From positions 1-49,266 of the forward strand of contig JAUCBJ010005134.1 of the NCBI GenBank assembly GCA_032718475.1: a stretch of 49,266 nt of DNA, read 5' to 3'. Shown one piece after another: positions 12,465-24,398 of this stretch. The stretch is from Nemertoderma westbladi (taxonomy: Eukaryota; Animalia; Xenacoelomorpha). The translations under genes were made by a program, and so were the position numbers. The notes under the pieces are model-generated. The model made no database searches and was not told the origin of the DNA. It saw only the letters and a list, made by a program, of their open reading frames with translations. Numbering within the stretch: position 1 is the first letter of the stretch; every line of letters starts with the position of its first letter.

Positions 12465-14215
12465 GGCAACAGGGGACTTCACACCTGCCGAACTCCAAAG
12501 AAGCATTAAAAGCATGTCCAATAATAAAGCGAATGGATTAGATGAAATCCCAGCGGAGGTATGGAAAACCTGAGTGCTAAACAGACCATTATTGAATGTT
12601 TGCAACCGGATGTTAAAAGGGGAAAAGCCACCACCAATTTGGACTAAAGGTCAACTAAAGCCGCTCCCCAAGAAAGGAGACCTCGGCATACCAACAAACT
12701 ATCGTGGGATCTGTCTGCTTGTGGTAGCTGCCAAAATATACAATAAAATGATTCTATATAGGATTAGACCTCACATAGAGAAACTACTGCGTAAGAGCCA
12801 AAACGGATTTCGGCCAAGTAGATCAACAATAGCTCAGATACTTGCACTACGGAGACTGATTGAAGGAATTAAGTCAAATAATCTCCCCGCAGTCATGACT
12901 TTTGTGGATTTCAAGAAGGCATTCGACTCCATCCATAGAGGTAAAATGCTTGAAATCCTAAGAGCTTATGTAATACCAGAAGTAATTGTTGCATGTTGCT
13001 GGCATTGGATTGTTATATTGTGACACAGAAGCGCAGGTCAGCAGGTAGGTACTCTCACCAGATGGTGAAACTGAGTTTTCTCAATCCTGGCTGGCGTATT
13101 GCAAGGTGACACATTAGCACCATTACTATTGTAATTGTGCTGAAATATGCAATGAGGACGGCCACAAAAGGTGAAGATCTGGGATTCACACTTCAAGAAC
13201 GCAGAAGTAGTAGATATCCGGCAACTACAGTCACAGACACCGACTTTGCGGATGACATCGCCCTGCTCTCTAATACGCTAGCAGATGCACAGCTTCTACT
13301 AAATAAAGTGGAGAGGGCTGCTAAGGAGGTTGGATTGCATATAAATGCTACGAAGACTGAATTCATGACCTTTAATGTTGATGGAAACTTCAGAACTTGA
13401 CAACCATTGATAATACTGTAATAATCAACTAACAGGACTAAGGAAGGTCGATGACTTCCAGTACCTGAGTACCTTGGATCATGGTTAGAGAGTAGCAAAA
13501 AGTACATAGAAGTTGGAAGTTAGGAAAGCAAAGGTTTGGGTAGCTCTATCAAAAATGGATACCATCTGGAAATCAAATCTCTCCAGGCACCTGACTGCCT
13601 GAAGACTAAGTTCTTTCGAGCCACAGTGCAGCAGTGGAAAGTCAGAAAGTGTATTTTTATGCGGGGGTGGACCCTGAGACCTGGACACTGACTAAATCAC
13701 TTAAACAACGAATTGATGGTTGCTACACAAGCAGACAAGACTACTACTAAGGCAAGGGCAGCCCTAAACATCAGCTGGAGACAACACATGACAAACGCCG
13801 AGCTTTATGGCAGTATGGCAGGCAGGCAGGTATGGTACAATACCACCTGTATCAAGATCAACCACCCCCCGTCTGTCCGTGCAGCCGTCTGGCCGTTAAC
13901 GCAGGCAGATTAAGATTCCAGGATTCAGTGGGCACTGCCTGACTGCTGGCGAAGTAAAGACGAGGTCATACTGTCATACCAGATCTACTTCTCTGGCAAC
14001 CAACTCATGGAAAGCGTAGTCGTGGACGACCGGCCATAACATAGGCCTATACCGGCTGACCGGTATAGATCAACTTGAAAGGGATAGGCTGATAGGCCTA
14101 CTGAACTTGGGAGAAACGAAATTGCGACAACTATGGAGAATCAGGAAGCCTGGCAGCCTGGAAGGATCTCATTTCCCTGTCCGAGTTCGCTCGACCTAGT
14201 AGTGAGTAGTAGTAC
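12465..14215 (+). mobile_element. RTE-clade LINE, degenerate, just upstream of the tetraspanin ATG
   Basis: PKKGDL..TNYRGI, QNGFRPSRST, FVDFKKAFDS, GVLQGDTLAP, DTDFADD, YLGS; (AGT)n-like 3' tail near 14198-14212. Confidence 0.92.
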
Positions 14216-16944
14216 TGTAGTAGGCCTAGTACTGTAGTAGTTGGAGGCCTAGTGCCTAGTGCCTAGGTACCGTACCTGCGTACCGGCTGACCGGGCAGCC
14301 GGGTAGCGCATAGACAGATAGACTCTGAGACTGGGGTTTGACTAAATACTGAAATACGCCACTTGCCACTGACAGACTGACCAGCTGACCTGACTGCCTG
14401 ACAACAAAAGACACAAACCGACAGCAGACATGCAGGGGCGGATCCAATCCTTCCTTGTTCTTCATTCTGTCATTCTTCCTGTGAAAAAACATTAGTAACT
14501 ACCTTTCAGCCTTTGCTGCTCAACTGCCAGACAGCCAGACCGCTAAAGACTGCAGTTAGAAAGTTCTAGGCAGCTAGGCCTATATCCTGATATCCGTAGC
14601 ATTTTCTAGTATTTCACTACACTGGCTGACTGGCAGACTGGACTGCAGGGACTGGACTGAACAACCTACGGTCTGACGGTCTGACAGTACAGCAGTACGC
14701 AGTACAGCAGTAGGCCTGGTAGGCCCTTTAACAGTACTGCAGTATAACAGTATAATATATTATAAGATATATAAGAATATAAGTTATATTATTAATATAT
14801 AATATATTATATTATAATATATATTGTAAGAAGGTACCGGTATCAGGGTATGTCAGTATGTATAGGTATGTAGGTGTAGGGTAGGCCTACTTAGGTATAT
14901 GACTTCACTATCTTAGCCCCATACCGTACCGGTATCTCTTTATTAGGGGGGTGTGTGTCAGCCCCCCCCCCCCCCCCCCCCCCTCAGGTCAAATTTTCGT
15001 TTTTGTTTTTTTATTTCATACAGAGTAGAATTTAATGAGGATTTCAAATCTGGAAACGGCTTAGCGAGATCTCTTTTACTTCTCGAGTAATGGCTGGTTT
15101 TCCGTCTATATGTCTGTCTATGTCTGTCCATCGAAATATTAAAAAGAGCATAAAATAAGCAATCTGAAATGTTTGCTGTTGGGATTTGCCTTACTGTTGA
15201 TGTCTGTTTTCATGTTTGGAATTATATCTAATCACTATGTCTGTATTTCAGTCTGTCTCTCAGTTTGTCTGTCTGTCTGTTTTGTATGTCTGTCTGTCTG
15301 TCAACGTGTCCGTCAAATTTTAATTAACATATATTTAATAGACATTTGTGAGTTTTGTATTACATATTGAACAGTAGTTGTCTAATGGACTAGTTGTCTA
15401 CTAGTAATAAAAATGTGAACCATCATATAGCAATAGCGGGTATAATAATAATTGTGGGGAACAACCATAAACTTATTTTGTACTTTGTACTTTGTATAAT
15501 TATTATTAGTATATATTTTGTATAATTACTACTACCGGTGCTAATCGGCCTGCTGCATTGCAGGCCGCACATTGAGAAGCTACAGTATGTTGGCTTAACA
15601 ATAAATTTTTGCAACCACCGTGCAGTCCACAATTGGCATGCTGTAGCCTGTGTGCATGATGCAACGTGCATTAAGAATGATATGCCGGCTTATCGACGAA
15701 ATTGCGACGCCACAACTACCTATCCCCAATGACTTTCACGATATTATCGGCATCTTCAAGACCAGTGAACTTTAAGAGACGTCTCAAGAAAGTCCTGGGC
15801 TGTACAGCTTGTTTATGTTCTCCATGATCTGATACACAGCGCAAAATATTGTGCAAAAGCTTGTTCTCACTGTGAAAGCAATGTCCTGCGCAGCGGAGGC
15901 GGTTTTTATACTCCCATATATAGGAGTACTGGTTCTACTACAGTATACCGCTGCTTTGAATAATCGAACATAACTTTCCGACGTCTTCTACAGTATGTGA
16001 CTTCCAAATCCTGGACTGCATCACAGTATGGGATAAACAAGTATATAATGCCTGTAACTTATGTTAAATATTGTCTTCTAGAAATTAAACCCCCAGTTTA
16101 TCTTGCTTTACTCGGTATTTGTTGCAACAAGTCATATTGTCATAACTAAAGTCATATTCTTTATTTCTTGTGTAGGCCTAGGCCCTACTGTATAATACTA
16201 CATTATACACATATTGTAGTCATCATGGAGGAAACTAATACTATATGTGAATATTTAATCCGTTTATGTTGTTATCATGTTATGGTCAGTAATCTCACCC
16301 GCTATTATTATACAGTATGACTAGCGTGTCTTCCGTGGTATAAGGGTGCATACTGTACAGTACAGTACACAGCCTGTGTGTTATGGTGATGTGCACCGAC
16401 AAAAGGGATGTATCCATTGCGAATGGCGATGAGGTGTCATGTTGAACATCAGAAATACAGTATATGCCTATAGGTCAGACACATTCCTATTTGGTGGGCT
16501 TGGCGGATCGGTGCTCCACGGGGTATTTTAAAGTCTACAATGTGTGTGTGTACCGGTAGTGAATGAACCGAACACAAACATAGGGGCCCAGTCTGACAGT
16601 AATAAATTGAAGCTGTCCAGACCACATCACAGGAGTCACCAGTGGGTGCCAGAGTGTGTTACTGGTTCAGGATTGATCATTTCGTCCCTTTCATTTTCAA
16701 ACAACCTAAATGACAAAATTGACTTTTCCTGTAAAACAGCATTTTTGATTCTAATTTTGTTTGCAAGTAATACTCCAGGATTTTGGTCTTATTTACTTTT
16801 AAATACATTAAATGTAACGATTTTAAACAAAAACAGTTATGGTATTGGAATTATGTAACATATTAGGTAGGAAACTATGTATAGGGATATAGTTTGTTTC
16901 AAAATAAATTATTACATTTTTTACAATTATTACTCAAAAAAAGC

Positions 16945-17596
16945 TGTGACGGGAGTGATGCAGTTCAACTCCCGACCGGTATAGATCGTACGCGTCGCTT
17001 TGTCGCTTGGCTGCTGGACTGAACTGGATAATATCTTTGGCCGAGGCCGATGGAAAACAATGTAGTTCGTTTCTCAGTATTAATGATCACAGCGATAATA
17101 GCACAGTCAGACTGATAATTATGATATAATATATAGCAGTATACTAACAGCAACAATATAAATGACGACGGTCAAAAACTATGCCGGTTTGCAACCGTGA
17201 GGAAATCAACTGACCGGTAATCAGTAATTAGAATGATTATATAACTGACACATATTGGTTTCAGCACTACACTGCTGTGTGGCCTCTGGTACCCAATGGA
17301 AGCGTTCCTATCCTCCCAATCTACTTCCTTGCCAGCTATTGGCTTAACTATTAATTCTCGCCTCGCCACTCCCTCTTGGTGTTACCCCCTGCTGCTAGCC
17401 TCACTAGCTGGTTTGTCCCTCTGAGGTGGTTTGACCTCTCACCTCTCCCTGTGGCTTATGGCGTGTATCGCCCTCCCCCCCCCCCCCCGGTTATGAGGCG
17501 AGATTATTATTGGTAATCTCGCATCGCCAACTATATTGGTAAAATGCCACTAGTCCCATTTTCGGTGGGTGATGTAGGGAATTGAATCCGCTTACA
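16945..17596 (-). repeat. 3' LTR of BEL/Pao element
   Basis: TGTGACGGGAG...GCTTACA; matches 25719-26367 with about 14 substitutions and a few indels by eye. Confidence 0.95.
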
Positions 17597-17608
17597 CTCC
17601 CCCCCATG
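17597..17608 (-). promoter_or_regulatory. Polypurine tract
   Basis: Minus strand reads a G-run ending GAG immediately before the TGTAAG start of the 3' LTR. Confidence 0.8.
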
Positions 17609-18308
17609 CTATCTTCCCGGTGAGAAGATAGCATCAACCTTACGTGCGCTTCAATTCCGCTGGAATCCAATCTAATATTGGATGTGGGGTGGAGTTTTCT
17701 TCTCGGGGTCGGCTTTCCAGAGCGGCCCCCATGGGTCTGTTATTACTACCCATCCTTGGTGCAATCGCGAGCTATGTTGCACCAAGGTATCTGGTGTCTC
17801 TGTTTGAGATCATTATCCTCACTCTCCACACAATTTTCCTCAAATTTTCCTCATGGACCTTTGTCCCTTCCTCTCTCACCAGTCCCTTTGGGACTCATCC
17901 TCCTCCATGCTCGCTCCCCAAACTTGAATCGCACTCCTTTCACTTCCTCACACCCCGACATCTCCTCCCCATACTTCCCCCATTCCCCTATGCTCAACCG
18001 ATATATTTTATTCCCATTCTCCATGCCCTCCTGTCAGGCTCCCACATTCTCTTTAGTGCGGCCACACTTGAGAAATGGGATCCGTCTAATGTCTCGTCCT
18101 CCTGTCGTAGTCAATTGGTCCCCAATCCCAGTAGCTAGTTGGAAAAGGTTATATATGACTATATTACTTACAGTGATTATATTCGGTATTAATTAATCAT
18201 TTTTACGTATGTACATACTAATTGCACTTGATTAATTGCACTTAGGAGTCTGTACTCTTTCATACATGTGGTGCCTTCCAGGCACACCCACACCCCTGTT
18301 CTTGAGTT

Positions 18309-20878
18309 CTAATTCGCTCCTCCCGTCTTCGGAAACCATCTGAGTTCTTTGCCCCTATCGTCATCTTGTCTGGGCCGTTTCCTTCCCTCCTGTTTATCCT
18401 CCTTGAGACTCCTCATCCTTGCTGATACCGTCTTACTAAGCTCCGTCGTTGGTTCTTTGGGTGCAGGTGTTATCAACTCCCGGTATCGCTTTGCAAGTGG
18501 TCCCTCTGAGTGTCCCTCCTGTTTCCCTCTGGTAGTGTCCCACAGGATCATTTTCATCGCCCGCAGCATGTGCTCCGCCAGAAAGTCCCTGAAATTCGAT
18601 TCTATTTTCTGGCGACCATCTGTCTAGGTATCTCTGAGTGTTAATGGCTCCTCCATACGATGCCGCTGTCGCTACCTCCTGATACGTGAATGGTAGTATC
18701 CTTTTAGTAATCTCCTGGTGGGCTTCCGCGTTGATACTAAAGAAGCTCCACTGGAACTCCTGGGCCTTCATCCTTTGTCATGTCATGACTCCAACGTCGG
18801 CCCACTCCTCGAAGATCCGGAACTTCTCCTCGTCGTCCATCCAATTGCACTGGCGCCCAAAGTGGAGTCGGAAGTTGCACTTTGAGCATCGGTTGTGCAG
18901 CCTCGGACATGCACCCATCCTATGGGTCAACTCACGGCAGTAGAGACAGGCCGTCCCCTTTTGGAAATGGTGGGTTAGTCTCCCACAGTAATCGCAGCCC
19001 TGTACCAATGTGTCCCGCTGGTAGGCAAACATCTGGATGCTATGCTCCCAACCCATGTCGATGTCCTCCTCCACCCTCGGCATTGTTTCCCCAAACACTA
19101 CCCGTGGTGCCGTTCCTGGTTGGTCACCCAACCTGATCGTACTCGCCGCGAAATCCATCGCCGGCTCCCCGTGCTCCCAGGCCCGCTTGCTGGGTTTGTA
19201 TAAGAAGGCCCTCGCCCTGCTGGCCGTCACCACTCTCCCACCCACCCAGTCTGTATCCAAGTGGCCGATCCTCACAATCAGTGGCATCGCGCCGAACTCG
19301 TCCTCCTCTTCTTCCCCCGCTGAGGTTGCAATTCTCTCTATCGGCGGCATCGCCCCAAACTCGTCCTCATCTTCCTCTCTCACCGGGAGTGGACCTGAAC
19401 CCAGTAGCCCGGTTGATCCACTATGTCCCTTTCCACCTTTGTACACACCCATGACTTTCCATCCTTCTAACTCCTTCCATCTCTTCCTTCCAACATAGCC
19501 CTCAGAGCCACCTGGGATGGGCATTGCTTGCAATCCCAATGACGACTGTTTTGGTGATTCTTCCATCCATCCCAGTTCGTCCCCCAGAAACTCGCCTGAG
19601 GTCTCCGTTCCCCACCTCAGTTCGTCCAGGTTCTGGGCTTCGAACTCGTATTCCTCTCCCCTTATATCCGTTTCTCTCTCCGCTGTATCCCTCCTTTCTC
19701 TCCTCGCGACCTCCTCCAGTCTCCTCTCCTCGATTCTATCCGCCTCCAGCTTCTTCTACCTCTTGTACGGTGTGTCTACCCCTCTGTCCACTAGGTGCCG
19801 GGTATCAAAGAATACCGACTCGCCCTTCAGCCCCGGGTGGTCTACAAGACCTTAAAAGGCCACCGTAAAGGCTCTCCTGTGATTCAGAGGTGCTCCTGAT
19901 AGTAGAAATGCCGTCGGCTCTCTTCCGATAACCACGGTAAAGAATAGGTTTAATAAACCTATCATTATCCAATCCTCCTGTAAGATATATCTCTTCTGAT
20001 ATATCTTTATCGCTCCCCTTCGGAACTGATATACCTCCTGCTTTCCTGGCCTTGCTCCCCATTTCAGCGAGTTTGCAAGTTCCGCTCTGTATTCCTCCCG
20101 GAACTTGCCCCAGTGTCCATTGGCTTGTGGCAGATGAGCCCCCTCAGTTGGCCCACGGCTCCACAATATCCCGTGTTCTCCACCAATCCCAACCCCTCTG
20201 GCCCCGTCATAGCCATATAGACTACTTGCATGTCCAGGAGATTGGAGGTGTCCGGTGCAATGATCCTATCCGCTTCGTCGCGGATCGCTGATCCCACCTT
20301 AACTGTAGTTTTCTGCCTCACTAGGTCCTGCACCGCCTTCGGCAACCGGTTCAACTTCGGCCCGCTCTTCGTTCCGTAGGTCCCCAGGTCAAATAGAAAG
20401 ATATCTCCATTTGGCGCTGCCAATTGCAGTAGTATGGTTCTAGCCGATCCCACTGACCATCTTCTCGAGCCCTCGTCATCCTCCACAGTCCCTTCATCGT
20501 CTAGGACCATGTACCCACCCCTCTCTACGGAATCTACAAACCTCCTCCACTCCTTCCTTGGTGGTTCCCTCGGATACTTCGGTATCCCGAACTTCGCCTC
20601 ATCTCCCTTTACTACGTAGCGAAAATTCTCGAGGATCGCATTGTCCAACGACGGCGTCCCGTAGGTCCCACCCAGTTGTCGCTCGTGCATCTCCTTAAAC
20701 TGGTCCTGTAGCGCATGCGCTCTGTGACCCCTCGATAGCAGTTTGTAGTATCCTTTCGTCTTCTCCTCCGGATGCCTCTGCGTGAAGTCCACTATTAACT
20801 CCTTCCCAGTCTTCTCCACTTTCCTTTCTTTACCAACCTCTCCGCCATTACGAACTTTCCCGCGCTCACTCAATTGGC
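18309..20878 (-). pseudogene. Extra retrotransposon ORF: DEDDy 3'-5' exonuclease (WRN/Mut-7/RNase D type) + acidic coiled coil + Zn knuckles; 2 frameshifts, 3 stops
   Basis: YMVLDDEG (ExoI), TILLQLAAPNGDIFLFDL, LPKAVQDLV...VKVGSAIRDE (ExoII), NLLDMQ, QKRYILQED (ExoIII). ORFs 20166-19852, 19566-18778 and 18771-18436 share one frame. Zn module CDYC..H..CLYCRELTH..CPRLHNRCSKC..H..C. Confidence 0.75.
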
Positions 20879-21335
20879 CTTACAAAGGCTCAATTTAAGT
20901 TAGGGCCATTAAACAAGGTGTTATTAGTCTCGTTCAGTGATAGCCTACGTTCTACATTATGCTTTTCTTGGTATTTTTGTACAAATATACCCCCAAAATG
21001 CCAATTTCCACTAATTTATGAAATTTTGTCCGTTACTTTAATTATGATTCCAGAATTTCCTCCCCCCAGTTGCTATAATTTATTAATTTTCTAATTTCGG
21101 TATTATTTATATTCCCCTTCCCTGTGCTATTAATAACTGTCACCGGATTACTTACTTAAGTAATCCCTCTACTTGTGTACAGAGAAGACTAGCTATAATT
21201 TTCTCATTACTGCGCTAGCTTCCTACCAGACAGTTTTCTGGCTCTGTAACAATTGCCTATATCTACACTACGGGCTGTGCGGTGCAGTAGTCTGTTTCGT
21301 GCGGCCTACACGGTCTATCCTGCTGTACCCACATG

Positions 21336-21712
21336 CCCCCCTCTTCCCTCCGTGGCGCCCTCAGTGCCCACAAGCTAGACGGTACTATGTACCCTACTAC
21401 TCCGGTATGTGTACATACCCCCCAATTCCTCACGTAGTGCCCTCAGTGCCCACAAGTTCTACGGTACTATGTACCCTACTACTACGGTATGCATACATAC
21501 CCCCCAATTCCTCACGTGGCGCCCTCAGTGCCCACAGGTTCTACGGTACTATGTACCCTACTACTACGGCATGCGTACATACCCCCCAATTCCTCACATG
21601 GCGCCCTCAGTGCCCACAGGTTCTACGGTACTGTGTACCCCAATACTATGGTATTCATACATACCCCCAATTCCTCATGTGGCGCCCTCAGTGCCCACAG
21701 GTTCTACGGTAC
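21336..21712. repeat. 82-bp tandem repeat (~4.6 copies) inside the LTR element
   Basis: CCCCCAATTCCTCA recurs at 21418, 21500, 21582 and 21664. Confidence 0.93.
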
Positions 21713-22784
21713 TTAAATTAGGTACATTGGTACATTATTGTACCCTTCTGACGTACATAATTCTAACTACCTACTAATATCTACTATCTACATTACTAAG
21801 TGTTTATTTTATTATTTTGCTTATTATTTTTGTTTTTATGTGTGGGAAGGGCGTCTCGCCCTCATTCCCACACCCCTCAGTCCAATATATTGGACGACTA
21901 AACTTTGCCTATTGGAAGGTTCTTAAGGGGACCCTTCCAATAGGCAACACTTTCCTACCGCCCTCCTGTAGGTCTTCCTATCTTTGGCCCCTATCATTCC
22001 TCCGATCTTCACTTCTACGGATCTAATTCACCCATCTTCGCCCCCCCCCCCCCCCCCCCTCAGTCCAACTTATTGGACGACTCAACAACCTAAAGGCGAT
22101 TCTTCCAGCAGGCAACTCTCCCACTGCCCCCCTGTAGGTTCTCTTTTTCTTCGCCCCACTCTCTCTGTCAATTCCAACTCTCCTGGAATTGACCTTCCCT
22201 TCTCCTCCATCCTTAAATCGGATCTTTCCGTCATCTCACTGATCTCCTTGTAGTCCCCTGGCAGCAAAATGCCATCCTCCATCTTGTTGTCACTTGGCGG
22301 TAGAATGCCGTCCTTCATGTCATCCTCACTGGTATATGCCACCTCTACTTGCCTCCCCCTCATGTGCGCCGGCGTTAAAGCAACCGATGACCCCCAGTCA
22401 TCCTTCGGTACGCATGATAGCTTACCATCTAATGCTCCCTCGCACTCTGCCAGCCCCGTATGCGTGTACAACACGTCTCCTCCAACTTTCCTGCCTCCTT
22501 TGTCACGCTTCATCATCGGTTCTCCATCCTTGGTCTAATCTTCCCACATCCTCTCCCTTTCCACCTTGTCTTCTTACTCGACCTCTTCCCCATCGGTATG
22601 CTTCTCAACTGGACCGGCATCTGCTCCAGACATCTCTCCAGATATCTTGCCATCTACTCTTCTCCGTCCTCATACCGATACTCCTCAGGAACATCTATGT
22701 TCCATCCCATCTCCTCTAGGTCCTCTGCGTCGAACCCATTCTCCTCTGCCCACTCTCTTGCTGTTACTTCTCATCCTGACTCAT

Positions 22785-23590
22785 CTATCGGCGGTATTTC
22801 TCTGGACTTATCCTCCACCCTTTCACCACGCCCACTATGCGTGGTTCCCGATCTGACTCCTGGTGTCCTCCCCCGGGCTGCTTCTCATATGGGACCTCCC
22901 CATTGCCCGTCTTTGGTTTCTCCTCTATGTCCTCAACAGTACCAGTCAGCATGCACCCTGATGTCTTGGACACACCAAACGGTGTCCTCGTCTTAATTGG
23001 GCCAGTGAGCATCCATCCAAATGGCGTGGGAATGGCCATCAGGTCTTGCTCCCTGTCATCGCCGAAAATGGTCTATAGTCTCTCGTGGGCTGTCGGGCAA
23101 TCCATGCCGACTATGAGAGATACTTTCGGGACATCCAGCTCGGGCACCGAGAAATCGATGTTGTCCAGGTACCGGTATTGCTTGACCTCGATCTTCGTGG
23201 GTCGCCTAGCGTTAATATTAATCGATTCTATTATTCGGATGGGTTCGATGGTAGCCCCATAGTCGCACCCTGGTGTTGTCGCTGATATCTCGCAACGCCC
23301 CGTTCTCATTCTCATGACCTCGTCCTTATTGGAGATAGTAGTTACCGCCATCTTGCTTGGCCTCGTCCGTAACCCTATCCTTTCGGCCACCCAACTCTCC
23401 ATTAGCATGACTGCTGCTCTGCTATCGACCAACATTAGTGTCGTAACCGATAGCCCGTTCTCTCCTATTATTCTCACTGGTACTACTCCGAGTAGTACCG
23501 TCCTCTTCCTCCTTGCTCCCATCGTGCTCGTTGCCATGGTTTGGCCTCCAGTCTCATCAGTCTCGGCATATTTTATCGGTGGTTCCTGAC
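22785..23590 (-). pseudogene. BEL/Pao aspartic protease region (disrupted)
   Basis: VLLGVVPVRI...MLVDSRA...SLIVGMDC...*...AIPTPFGWMLTGP matches the BEL/Pao protease pattern (DSG changed to DSR). Confidence 0.85.
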
Positions 23591-23605
23591 ATTCATCCTT
23601 CCAGT

Positions 23606-24203
23606 GTGGGGCGAGACACGTAGTCGGCGAGCCTTGGCATACGGTTCATATAGGGCAAATGGGGCATGTCCGTCTGTCTGTCTGTCTGGTAAATGTTTGA
23701 ACGCGAATTTCTCGGCATCGCTGGTTCGGAATTGAACCAAACTTAGTAGGTAAGTAGTAGAGAGAAAGTTTAGAAAGTTTGTAAAGTTTGGTGAAAAATC
23801 ATGCAGTCTGACGTCAGCTACGACAGATTATGTGGTTTTTAGAAAATGTTAAATTTCTCGGGAAGGCCTCATTTTCCTGAGCTGAAATTTTGGTGGCCGG
23901 TAGAGAATCATGAAGTCTATCTTTTACGAAATTGAAAAGTTAAGACATTTAATTGGGGATCCGCTAGAGACTCAGAAGTAATGACATAGGCCTACCGGTA
24001 CGGTACTGCTGTACAGTGCTGCACTGGTAAGTACGAAATTGCAGAATAACAATTTGACACCACCTAGCGGATTAACATATGATTGTATATCGAATGAATA
24101 CATTTATAGCATGGGATATGGGGTCCAAACTAGACATGCCCCATTTGCTCTATATGAACCGTATGCCAAGGCTTGCCGACTACGTGCTGCGCAAAGTCCC
24201 CAC
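23606..24203 (+). mobile_element. HINE-like element inserted between gag and protease
   Basis: GTGGGG...CCCCAC ends, (GTCT)n microsatellite, ~54-bp inverted arms 23617-23670 / 24133-24186. Confidence 0.75.
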
Positions 24204-24398
24204 GAACGTGTCCTCCTACCGCAAATCAATGACATAGCCCATTCTTATCAGCGTAGGCTATCCTATCTTGTTTGAGTAACGCCTGCCAATGCTTACTGTC
24301 CATGGTCTTATGGGTTCCATCTCTATGCAATTGACATTTGTAGTTGGGGTTGTAGCGTTCCTTGTATAGCCCTTCACGTATCGCGCGTAGATTCATAT

